From: Phoronis australis
Taxonomy: Eukaryota > Animalia > Phoronida
Reading direction: 5' to 3'
Assembly: GCA_002633005.1 (NCBI GenBank)
Contig: NMRA01000337.1
Location: 392,828 to 456,827, forward strand
DNA: 64,000 bases
A program made the position numbers and the translations under genes. Positions 26,579 through 39,070 of the stretch are shown here, piece by piece (position 1 is the stretch's first letter; every line of letters starts with the position of its first letter). The notes under the pieces were generated by a model that saw only the letters and a program-made list of their open reading frames with translations, did no database searches and was not told the DNA's origin.

Positions 26579-29500
26579 AGGAGAATGCCACCCGATTTAA
26601 TTAGTCTTTTTTACCATCTTAATCGGTCTATATCCACTTCGCCTCTGATACGGTCGACCTCACCTTGCCGCCTAGAGGTGTCGTGTTAACCTGTGAGGAA
26701 GGTGAGAAATGACGCAGCGACGCCAATGGTTCGTCTGCAGAGTGAATGCCGCTATATTGCAGCGCATCGTTTCCGCTTGTCCGAACTATGAAGCTGCGAA
26801 GAAAGCGGGTATATCGTTGGCTCGCGCCCCTTTGCGATTTTTGAAGATTTCCAGTTAAGCGCCCACCTCTCGGTTAAGCGCCCATCCTCGACTTTCAAAG
26901 ATTGAAGATTTATCGTTCAGTGTTAGGAATTACGCGATTCCCGACTTTTAGATACAGATGATGATCACAACTAGCGTAATGATGCTGGGTCTCCGGGAAG
27001 GCGGCTTGGCAATGTGAATTTAAAATACAAGTAACGAATTACTGTCCCGGGTCATGGACTAACTTCAAAATATAATACATGAACGTTTTTGTCATTTTAT
27101 TATCTTCCCATGTTTGTTAAAGTTTAAGAACCCCGCCAGCGTCAATACCTCCGCTTTCAGCGATGCTGTCTGCCGCGCTGAGTTTCCGCCTGCAGTGCAC
27201 CAGATGAAACATATATTCGAAATAATCGGGCCTGAGAAATGAGACAATGGTTTTGTCAACCCTCCAAATTCCCTTAATGTGGAAAGCTCTTGTATTTTAA
27301 AGAATTAATTCCTATAACTCACGGAAAGATGTCAAATTCTCCCTCTTGATGAACGTTATTGCCAGGTTATCAAGGATGTGTGGCGACCAAAGGGACAGTG
27401 TGCCTCACTGGGTTACCGATTTGCTGCCTCGCAATTTCTGAGTTCAAAGGTTGGCAATGTCTTACTGTATGTTTGTGTATCATGTTGAAGTAATAAAAAA
27501 CTTCTAGTCAAATTTTGTTTTTCGCTTATTGCATCTCAGTCAAACTGGCGTTAGCAGATTTAACTAATGTCGCAGGCTGTTCTTTACTACGATTTCTTGC
27601 ATCAACCCCACCTGACTGTGTGAATTATCGCTTCCATATTCCCTTTTTAGCCATCCAGAATAATTTTGTTTCTACATTGGCCAGTTTCAGCCTGAACAAA
27701 ATTCTTACCATTTGAGCCTGAAATATCTACGAAGCAGACTGACTGAAAATTGGCGATAGTTGGTAGGAGGTGCACGCAGTTAGCTAAGGGCATGGCACAC
27801 TCGGGCCTTGGGAACATCGAGCCGGAAAATATCGTAGTAGACTTGACAACGCAGTTTTGGGGGAAATTGGAACGGAGGAATATCGTAAAGTACTGGGTCT
27901 TTCCTAACAACAGCTTAAAAATACAGCATCACGCGGGATTCTTTCACTTAGGACTGTCATTGTGGCTGTTCTCTTTTGATGTTTGACTTTGTAGTGGTGC
28001 ACGCGAGTAAGTTCCCACACTGAGTGCATGTTACCTTGACACCAACACGTGATTGACAGGTTACTCATACGTAGGCCCTACGTGCATGCTGAATTCCACC
28101 GCTATCTTTGGCCATTAAAAACGAGACGCATATTGAAAGAAGCCGTTATATTACTTGAGGCCTTTGCAAGTCAAGATTGCCTGCCGGGACATTGCGTGCA
28201 AACATTGGGACCGACCAGTGACGCAGTCCGATAGTGTAGGTAATAGGATATAATCTGGACATCTTGCATGTAAAATAAATGTGTTTTCTACCACAAAGTT
28301 GGGTAAGGTGGTCGCTTAAGAATGAATTGAAACATCGCTGTTTTGTGACGTTTTATCACATATTTATGCCGTGGTTCGAAATTTTCTTCTTGATTGACAA
28401 CTGGCTCATGTCCGCTTACCCCCCCCCCTGATTCTTGTCTTACTATTGTTTGCCGAGCATGTTTCGCGCAACGGGAAGTGAAAATGAGTCACAGAGTGTC
28501 AACTATAAACATCCCAAACACAAAGAAACACCTGAATTAGTTTTTCAAACTTTATTAAAACTAATTTTAAAACTGCTCTATGACTCAGAACTTGAAAGCT
28601 AGCACGGGACTCTAACCTTGATGTCAGCCGTGACCTCTGCAACACGTGAAGCTTGCACGCGCGCACTTTTGCAGTGTCACCGCTTGCAATCCAAGTGGAG
28701 CGCTGTGTGGTCACTGGTCGTCTGCGCACTATAGTTCTAACCAACTAACAAGCCCGCAGGATGGCACTGGTCTCTTACTCAGCAATTTTGTAAATTTAAT
28801 TGTGAATGACTAATCTGAGGGCAACAGAACCTTTGTTGGGATCATCCGCTGTTATGAAGTTTTTACTGTCATTTGGCGAAGTGATGATAAAGCTCTTTGA
28901 AAAGTGCTACACGTTCTGAGTATGTGTGTCGTGTGGGTACTTAGATCACGAGGTAACATTAACCGCCCAGGGTGGTTGTCTGTCTTAATAAGCGCCCATA
29001 TTCGGTTAACCGCCCACGCTGGATTTCTTGAAATTTCACGTTTAAGCACCCATGTCTGGTTAACCGCTCACCCCCGATTTTTTAGGTTTGCCAATTTAAC
29101 CGCCCAGGGCGTTAACCCGAATGTTTACGGTATATCCTACAGTCACATGTTAGGAGAATCTTTATTTAGAAATACAAATACATTATTCAAATCATTGTTA
29201 CTGTACAATCTTTGCCCTGACGGTCTGTGGAAGAGGAACCCAACTTCGCGGCCCCGACAAGTAAGTAGATTTTCAGTTTCGTGGCTAATTCACATTAATA
29301 ATTACGTGCACATTATTTCTGTGGCTCACTATTATAGTCTTTCCGTGACTGGAGGTTTGGGTTCCAACTCAAGCTGGTTCATGTTCGTGCCAGTCCCAGC
29401 GGCCGCGACAGGCCTGATCGGATTCTGAGCCACTGGCTGGGGATAACGAGTCAGTCCAGCCGCGATGGGCCTGATCAGGTTCTGAGCCACTGGCCAGGAT

Positions 29501-29988
29501 AACAAGCGTTTTGCGTGTTTAGAACTAAAAAAAATCACAAATCTAAACAACACAGATCTAGGTTCTCTTGTCTATATTTCACGGAAGAATACGTCGAATT
29601 TATCTCCGAACAGACCCCAAACTCCTGCTACGGACCTTGGTAACTTGGTCTGCCGAACTTTATAGGCTACGGTGTGTCCAAATACCAATAAATCCGTAAC
29701 AGCGAAATAAAACAACACATTTTTATAAGAACTCAGTGTATTGTTAAGGGTTTTAGATTGATTTATTGGTGTTAAATGATGAATTCAAGGGATAAGCAGA
29801 CACCAGTAACCCGTGTTGTGAACTGCTGAACAGACTGCGTGTGAAACCAATGACGTCATTGGATAATTTCAACACCTCCGTCTGCTGTCAGGTGTCAGGT
29901 AACGCAACCGAACGTGCTGTATCGAGTAGAACTACTCGATCTAAATTCATATGATACAAAATAGGTTGTTTTTGGGTGGCATTCTCCT
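26579..29988. mobile_element. Non-autonomous Kolobok-like DNA transposon, 3.4 kb
   Basis: TTAA|AGGAGAATGCCACCC … GGGTGGCATTCTCCT|TTAA: perfect 15-bp TIR, TTAA TSD, AG...CT termini; contains a left-truncated TA-type element ending TACGG|TA at 29130. Confidence 0.85.
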
Positions 29989-30245
29989 TTAAACAGTGTG
30001 TCCAGTGTAATGCCTTAAACAATGTGTCCAGTGTCAAGTCTTAAAAAGTGTGTCCAATGTAATGCCTTAAACAGAATCTCCAGTGTGATGCCTTAAACAG
30101 TGCGTCCAGTTTGACGCCTGAAACAGTGTGTCCAGTGTGACGCCTTAAACAGTGAGTCCAGTGTAATGCCTTAAACAGTGTGTCCAGTGTAATGCCTTAA
30201 ACAGAGTGTCCAATGTGATGCCTTAAACAGAGTGTCCAATGTGAN

Positions 30246-32636
30246 CACATTTCTTCAGCAAATTCCATAAAATTTCCGTAGTTTGATTTTATCAAAATTA
30301 AGGCGCGCTGTCGATTATTTTATCCCCGTTTGCTGGCTGGTAACAGTACAGGCACTGCTCCAGTCGCACTGACGGCGTTTTCTCGGCCTGTTCCTGAATG
30401 AATTGTACTTCCGGGTTCGCGGCAAGTTCAAAATGGCGGTGTTTCTTCGGGTGCGAATCGTGAGTGGCGCGTTCATTGAAACTGTTTTCGAGTACGGATC
30501 GTGTATTAGTTATGGGGTTGGTACTTCTTGGATCCTTATAACATCTTCTAACCATGTAATAAGGGTTAACAACGCGTGAGAGGACTTTAATAAAATTACG
30601 AAAAGCTGTAATTAAGTGGAAAATATGTCTAGGATAACCAACCAACCTTATTTTAGCTCAAAATTACATGGAAAAAGGTTGTCTTCGTCTTTAAATCAAT
30701 TTTGGCGCGTAAAAATGGCGGAAAAATTTTGCGACCTGGCATTTATGAATGCGAACTGGATTTTGGAAATGCGACCTGGGATTCCGTTGGCTAGGTCGCA
30801 AAATGCGACCTGTCGATTTTAATAGCGTCGAGGTCTGTCATAGCGATATCTAACGAGATACTTAAAACTAGTCCAGGAAGGGGGAGTGAGGCAGAACGAG
30901 CCAACGTGACACGACAGTCGTTTTCATTTAGGCGACTTAAAGCCTATTTTGCACATACGTCGGTGACATCAGTAAATTTGGTTCCTACAGTATGTTAAAA
31001 GCATCGCTTTGTGCCCACTAGTGCCGCGAGAATTACTTTTTAATTCAAACAGCTGCGAATAACATCTGCACGCCATGTTTAAGGTTATGTCCAACCTTAT
31101 TTAGTGGCCTCCATTCTAACACTTACATCAAAAAACTAAGCTTTGTCAACTAGTAAAAGTAAATGTTTTTTGAAAGAACAAAGACCAGGAAATATAAATA
31201 TACTTTTTGTATTTATTTGTCATTATTATTTTTACGTAAAAAGCTTTTTTAAGCAAAAATTTCATTTTTAAGAAAGGTACATCCATAGCAAAATAACCCC
31301 TCGGTCGATTTTAACGAAACCTTTTTTAAATGAAAACTTCATCAATTACCTCAAAAACGCTGTGAGGAATTTTNATTATTTTTACGTAAAAAGCTTTTTT
31401 AAGTAAAAATTTCATTTTTAAGAAAGGTACATTCATAGCAAAATAACCCCCTCGGTCGATTTTAACAAAACCTTTTTAAAATGAAAACTTCATCAATTAC
31501 CTCAAAAACGCTGTTAGGAATTTTTGATTAGTTTGTTCGTTTGGTTTCTATGACAAATCAACTCGCAAAACGTAAGGAATTTTTGTAAAAAATTGAAGTT
31601 GTATTCGTCTTTGTCACATTACACAAAAACAAAGCTTTTATATCAAAAATCCTAACAGCGTTTTTGAGATTGGTGACTAAATATTAAGTTTGGAAAGTTT
31701 CAGCGAAATCCATCGAGCCATTTTTGAGAACTCGTGTTCCTAAGTTCAAATAAAGTCGATTTGCTGAAGCCGAGAAAAAGCCGATTAAACTGGGACACGT
31801 GAAAATCTCTAAGTCTTTGGTTAACTATTCTGTGAAAACTTGTTTTCGGTATACATAACCTATAGAATCCTTAACTATGTCACCTATTTCAATGTTTTCT
31901 TGCAATGTCAGCTAATTTTGCAGTGCGTAACTAACTTAAATATCATTAAAACCTCAAATAGACCTATCTTTCGCAGCCAACTTTTGCCGTTTTGTACGAC
32001 CTACTTAGAAAAGTAGGTCACAGTTCATAGCCTGTACACGTCACGCGCTGGGAGACTGATACCAAACCAAGTAAGAAATGGATAACAAAAATTGAATTGG
32101 TGGTTAAAGTAAGTCGTTAACATGAAATCGAAACATCGAAATGTTAACTTAATAATTGAATTAAGGAATAAGGGGGAGGATTTATCTCTTTTCACAACTT
32201 TCTGTGTTCATGACCAGACTGAGGCCTGAGGCAACTCGTAGCATTCGTTTTCAACGTCAACGGTGGTATGCATGTAGACCCACAACTCCCTTAGGATAAA
32301 AACTACGTTTTGTATTCGTTTTCCCCGGGACCATTCTATCATAACCACACCTCGTTGGTTCAATGTTATGGCGAATTTGTGAATGAAAGGACTGAGGGTA
32401 TACCGGGAGACTCGATTTACTTGAAAGCCCTTTAACTTTGACCTTGGATAAGTGCTAAACAAATATCCACGCGGTTGTGCAGTTCCAAGGTGGTTCTGCT
32501 AAATCTTTTTTTTTCTCGCTACGCAGTATATATTTCGTATTTGAAGTTCCCCGAGAATGAAGATAAGGTATTTTGCTAGACACCAGTGAAATTTTGTAAA
32601 AATGGCCAATTTTTGTGAATAAGGTTAGAAATATCC
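30246..32636. mobile_element. Second TTAA-flanked insertion; left end lost at the N at 30245
   Basis: CpG-rich unique sequence ending AAATATCC|TTAA, where the minisatellite resumes. Confidence 0.55.
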
Positions 32637-33961
32637 TTAAACAGTGTCCAGTGTTATACCTTAGTGTGTCCGGTGCGATGCCTTAAACAGTGTGTCCAGT
32701 GTAATGCCTTAAACAGTGTGTCCACTGTAATGCCTTTAACAGTGTGTCCAGTCAGTGACGCCTTAAACAGTGTGTCCAGTGTAATGCCNCTGCCCTAACC
32801 TGCCCCCACCCCAACTGAAAATCCTGGATCCGCCCGATTTTTACACGGCTTTGCTAGGACTACCTGGTTAGCCAAAGACACCCAAAATGAATGACAAAAT
32901 TCCATTGACGTTAGCTTTTAAGGATGAAAGCAAACGGCTTCTGTAGTACAATTACTATACAAATGCCGGCCTTAACTATATCTTTGAAATATGTCGTCTA
33001 CCCGTGCTTTATCAAAATGCATTATGATTTTAGCTAAATAGCAATATCGGCACAGTAGTAGCTTTGCATTTCAATCGTTTAAAGATAAAAACAAACGGTT
33101 TCCATCGTAGGATTTGTAAAAATATATATCCTAGGTTAGCTTTTAAATAAGTTAATATTTACTCATGTCTCAGCGTCAAAACATGCAGTGACAATGGCGA
33201 ATGAGAAAAGACTGTCAAAACTGACAACGTGGGAAATAAATGCAACCCAGAAAATCCGCCCACTAGACGGTGTTGTGACGTGATGTTTGATTACACGTTT
33301 TATTCGGAGTATTGGACTTTAGTCGTAGTGATAGTTTAGTCATAACTACTTCCTGTTATCAACTTCCTGTCTCAGACCATGAGGTCATGATATAATAAAG
33401 TGATGTTTTATTAGTTAAAATCTACGAGTTAACAGCAATTCGTTACAGGTGTAACAAAAATTTATTAAATACTAAAGTGATACAACCATAAACATTCATG
33501 CATATCTGGTATACGGATAAGTTTAATAAGTAATAATAAAACACGGTGATCTCTAATGAAATTTCCAAAAGATCTCCATGATAGTAAGTAGCAGCATGTG
33601 TTGATAACAAGGATGGATGTAAATAGAAATATTCATCTGCAGAACTCCAATCATTGTTAAGAGCAATGCTCTTTCAATGACTTGGTTATAATAGACCAAG
33701 CAGGTTGTCATGGTTATTCTAGTCTTGCTGCTGTTCTACTCCACTGTAACTGACTGTCTGTGTATCATTAGTTGTTGATGGCATAGCAAGGTGGTCACTG
33801 CAACTAGTCATGACACTGTCACAGTCTTGAAGGGTGAATCCAGTGGAATATTCTTAAGAAATCTTTCATTATGTAAAGACACTCACACATGCTTACAAAC
33901 AATACATTGTACTCTTAGATTCAGCACTATATGTTAAGTGAAAATTGACAATAAATGTAAC

Positions 33962-36900
33962 AACAAGAGCAACGCAGAGCATTAAAATGCGCCCACGAAT
34001 GCACCGCAAACGATGTGCGTCTAGATTTGTTCATTTCTATCATGAAATGGCCACTAGATGGCGCAACACATCCACTCCTGAAAACGGAACATGCCACCGG
34101 TTCTTTAATAGAAAGCAATTAACCAAATTTCCTGTCAAGGAACTTCAGAGCAGCAAAGGAAAACGGAAAAAGTGAAATTGCACCAAGAGGGTGCACCATC
34201 TGCCTCAAACTCGTCATCTATTGTTAGCTTCATTTACACTTACTAAATTTAATAAAGATCTTGCATCGGGTTTTGGAAATACAGCTACGGCTGCAAAACA
34301 AAATAAAACCACCACTAGGAGATGCCACAGTAACCGAAGTTGTCAGCGTAACCAACCTCTTCACACTGAGTACACGCCAATTTTCAAAGCCATTCTTAGA
34401 ATAGTTTGGTTGATAGAGGGGTGGACGCCAAGACACAGACTGGAAAACAATAAAAATGGCCACTAGGTGGCGCAAACTACCTAGAATGCATCTGAAAACA
34501 GGAGGATGGCGTCACAGGGCTCAACATTAACTTTTATTTTAACTTGTCCATACGGACAAGTAGAAATGAAATTTACTAGTCCTGACCTATAAGACACTTG
34601 TCCGAAGATAATTAAATTCAAATTATACTTTTCAAACATATGTGAATGTTGCACATTATACCTGTTAGCACAAGCCCAATAAACATGTGAAAGAGCATAT
34701 ATTACACGAGATTTAAATTTTGCACAAGTTTATTAAAGTGGGTATTTGTATTTGGATTTCACCAGTGAACACGCTACAAGTTTCCCCTGGCTTTTTAATT
34801 CAGTTATATAATGCTGAGTGAGCCGTCGACTGTTCATGACTTCAGAGATTCGATCCTGAACACATCTGACCCATACTCAACAGATGAACTGTTTGCGTCG
34901 CGTATTTTGCAGATGGGACACAACAAATTTTACTTCTGGTCGCTATCAAACCGTACGGTAACCTGTCAAAATCTTTCTTTCATTTCGGAAGAAATTCCTG
35001 TTTTTGTTTATTGGTTTCATACAGTTGCTTGGTGATTTCACGCCCTTTGGTTTGGTTACCACTTGCAAGATCAGAACTCCACGACTTGAAACCATACGCA
35101 AACTAACTACCCCTACTCGTCCGCGTTACCGCTCTGGGCGCTTAAATTGGGAATCTAATAAAAACGGGGTGGGCGGTAAGCCGAGCATGGGCGGTTAAAA
35201 TCGAAATTTTGGAAAGTCAGTTGTTGCTTACTGCACTGAGGACCGATTTCACCCTAACGGAGATACACTGACGTCGGATTTCAAGCATATCAGTTAAAAA
35301 TAGAGGTCGTTGGATTGAAGTAACGGACTTCGACGACCCGCGCACACGATACAGTGACGTCGTGATCCTGAGCGTCCTTGGGTTTTTACGTACCGTGGTC
35401 GCTGCTGGTCATCTCTTAGAACTAAGTTATTCCTACAGGTAGGCGTGTGTTCAGTAGGGCAAGTTTCTTGAGAGAAAAGACAGATCAAGCAAGACACCAC
35501 TAGTTTGCGGTGTATTTTTAAGGGAAGCACTTGATTGTGTAAAGATTTGCTGGGCAATTAGGCAACCCAGCACGTGCTAATGATTGACAGGTCTTCTTAT
35601 TGAATAATTTGCACAATGCAACGTTTTATATACATTATTTCTTTTTGAGTTCAAAGCCAACACCGCTGTCGTTCAAAGCACGTGCTTAACAATCCGACGA
35701 TACTACTATTAGGCAATAGGGGTACTCGGTCAGCTGCCAAAATAATGAAGCAACAACACATCTTGTAAAGTCATCAGGCAAATCAAGAGTTCAAAAAAAT
35801 AAGTTATTAACCACGTAGAACATGGACAAAATGTTTGACTTGCACTAATGACAAGATTTTTTTGGGCTCTTGCCTTTGATTGGGCGCTTCCATTTTGGTG
35901 TCGGGAGAGAAAGTCATTAAAAACATGCGTTTAACCAAGACGGGAATAGCGACACAAGTTGGCTTGTCACAATGGACCATGTCTTTTCTTATTTCAATGC
36001 TCAGGGTGGTTATGCTTCTTGTACTGTCACGAGGAATCACAGAAAGATTGGCCACGGACATGATATTCCTGTCAAGTACCGCTTTGCTGGTTCTTCAGCA
36101 AACTAAATATATTCGACGAGCGCCGTCTCAGTGATCAGTACATGCGAACATGAGTTGCGCGCGTGAGCCAAAGGAAACAATTGTGTCTCCTTCAGTAAAG
36201 GGCATGAGAATACGGGTATTTTACCGCCATTTAAGGCAAGGTCCCTGTTCCGCTAAACCCGATTGATTGTCACAGAAAGGTAATTGAGTTGCGCATGTTT
36301 TGGAATCTTAATTTTGTGCGACGAACGTTCGCAGAAAAATTCATTGACTTGTCCTGTGGGACAAGCTGCTCGGCCGTGAGCTTGTCTGGATCAACAAATT
36401 TGTTGTCCCGGGCAGTCGGACTTCCGTTAATGTCGAGCCCTGCGTCATCTCACCAATAAATGCCTATATTCCAGATTTTATGAAAATACGTTAAGGTACA
36501 AAGGTAAACAAAAAACTAAAATTGCCACTAGGGGGCGCACCAGTTATTCGATTACGTGCGAAAGTCGTCCCTGTCCGTTGCCACCTTCATATAAATACAC
36601 TGGCTAAGTTTAGTAAAGATCCCGCAAACGGTTTAGGAGATACAGTCATGAGTGCAAAAAAAACTGCCACTAGGAGGCGCCACAGTAGTTGAAGTCGTTG
36701 GAAAATCATCGTCAGCCATCCTCTTGATGGTAAGAACATACACGTCAATTTTCACCACCATTCTTAGAGTGGTTTGGTTGGTAGAGGAGTGGATGCCAAA
36801 AAACACTCGAAAACAGTAAAAATGGCCACTAGGTTGCGCAAACTACATCGAATCCAGCCGAAAACGAGAGGATAGTTTCAACTCACTAATAGATACCTAT

Positions 36901-37158
36901 GCTCTAAATTTTATGAAAATACGTTGAGGACTTTCAAAGATACAGAGGTAAGTGTAAAAAACTAAAATTGCCACTAGGGGGCACACCGGAGAGGTCCGAA
37001 ATTCATAGTCATCGGTTGTGACCTTCTACGAACACAACTGCCAAATCTCATCAAGATCCTGTGAGAGGTTTAGGAGATACAGCTGCGGACGCCGTACGCC
37101 TGGGCAGACAGAGCCGACGGCAATATGCGACCACATATAAATATGTGGGCGCATAAAA
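33962..37158 (+). mobile_element. Helentron-associated non-autonomous element (HINE), copy A, interrupted by a hAT-like insertion
   Basis: AACAAGAGC start; subterminal IR ATGCGCCCAC / GTGGGCGCAT; internal tandem units; GACG/GACA microsatellite; 3' hairpin CCACATATAAATATGTGG then ATAAAA. Confidence 0.75.
34515..36442. mobile_element. Non-autonomous hAT-like element with 5-bp TSD (hAT5-like)
   Basis: CGTCA|CAGGGCTCAACATTAAC … GTTAATGTCGAGCCCTG|CGTCA; sister HINE units carry a single CGTCA (gatagcgtcatctc). Confidence 0.85.
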
Positions 37159-37334
37159 ATGAATGCCTGAATTGGCCCATCTGAGTAAGTTAAAAAAAAA
37201 TGCCTTGAATTTTATCTTGACCACCAAAAATGTTAAAGAATAACTTAACCCTGGCTTTCTGATCAAAGGTATTGAAATTTATTAAATTTGACCAGAATGA
37301 GCAGGCAACAAAAATCATGTCTCCTAAACAGCGT

Positions 37335-39070
37335 ACAAGAGCAACGCACAGCGTTGAAATGTGCCCACGAATGCACCGTAAATAGTGTGCTTCTAGGGTT
37401 GTTTTTTTGTTTCATAAAAACAGCCACCAGATTGCGCAAAAATATCCAATCCACCTGAAAACAGGAAAATGCCATCGCTTCTATAATAACAAATTTCATA
37501 AAAATTTGTTGAGGAACTTGAGAGAAATGAAGGAAAACAAGAAAATTAAACTGCCACAGTGGGACACAGCGTTCATTGGATGGGCCTGAAAGACGTCTGT
37601 TGTTAGCTTCAAATAAATACAATTACTAAGCTTAATAAAGATCATGTAGTGTGTTAAGGAGGTGCAGCTATGGGCGCAAAACAATACAAAACTATCACTA
37701 GGGGGCGCCACAGTAGTCGAATTGGTTATAGTCAATCGCCCTCTTCACACTGAAAACATACACGCCAATTTTCAAAATCATCCTTAGAATGGTTTGGGTG
37801 ATCGAAGGGTGGACGCCAAAAACAGACTCGAAAACAGGAAAAATGGCCACTTAGTGGCGCAAAGTACCTCGATTCCATTCGAAAACGGGAGGATAGCATC
37901 ATCTCGCCAAAAGATGTATATATTCCAAATTTTCTGAAAATCTGTTGACCTTTGAAAATAAAGGTAAACCTAAATAACTAAAATTGTTACTAGGGGGCAC
38001 ACTGGTAGTCAGATCCGTTAGAAAGCTGTTGTCATCCGTTGTGAACATAATATAAATACACTTTCTAAATTTAGTAAAGATCCTGAAAACAGTTTAGGAT
38101 ATAAAACCATGGGTGCAAAAAATGCCACTAGGAGGCACCACAAGTTTCGAAGTCGTCGGAAAATCATGGTCAGCTTCCTAGAAAGAACATACATGAAAAT
38201 TTTCAGTCATCCTTAAAACCGTTTGGTTGATAGAGGGGTGGACACCAAAAAATAGACTAAGAAACAGTAAAAATGGCCTCTAGGTGGTGCAAACCATGTC
38301 AAATCCATCCGAAAACGGGATGATAGCGTCATCTCACTACTAGACGCCAAATTTTATGGCAATACGTTGAGGACCTTTGAAGATACTGAGGTAAATGTAA
38401 AAAACTGAAATTGCCACTAGGGGACACATCGGTAGTCAGATGCGTCCAAAGCTCGTCATCATTCATTGTCAACATCATATAAATATACTTGCTAAATTTC
38501 ATAAAGATCCTGCCAACGGTTTAAAAAATACAACCATGGGCGCAAAAAAAAATGCCACTAGGAGGCGCCATAGTAGACAAATCCTTGGAAAATCATCGTC
38601 AGTTGTCCTCTTCATAGTAAAAACATACATGCCAATTTTCACAATCATCCTTTGAGCAGTTTGGTTGCTACAGGGGTGGACGCCAAAAAACAGACTCGAA
38701 AACAGCAAAAATGGCCACTAGGTGGTGCAAACTTTGTCGAATCCATCCGTGAACAGAAGGATAGCGTCATCTCACTAACAGATTCCTATATGCCAAATTG
38801 TATGAAAATATGTTTAGGACCTTTGATGATATAGAGGTAAGCGTAAAAAACTAAAATTGCCACTAGGGGACACAACGGTAGTCGGATCCATCTGAAAGTT
38901 CACTCATGCTGTCCCACCCATCCTTGAATGAAACGTGCTAAATTTCATGAACGTATGTCAAAGGGGTTTTGAAGATAGAGCAGTGGACGCGTGACGCCAG
39001 ACGGACGCCGGACGGATGGACAGAGATGACGGCATAATGCATCCACATATAAATATGTGGGCGCATAAAA
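37335..39070 (+). mobile_element. HINE copy B, uninterrupted
   Basis: Same termini, hairpin, microsatellite and internal CCACTAG array as copy A. Confidence 0.78.

Larger units (their letters stand above)
26310..32788 (+). repeat. ~26-bp TTAA-containing minisatellite (AAACAGTGTGTCCAGTGTAATGCCTT) in three blocks (26310-26578, 29989-30244, 32637-32788) separated by insertions
   Basis: Same unit in all three blocks. Confidence 0.9.

Noticed and set aside
31224-31522. ~150-bp direct duplication
   Set aside because: The copies abut a single N (31374): most likely unmerged contig or haplotype overlap
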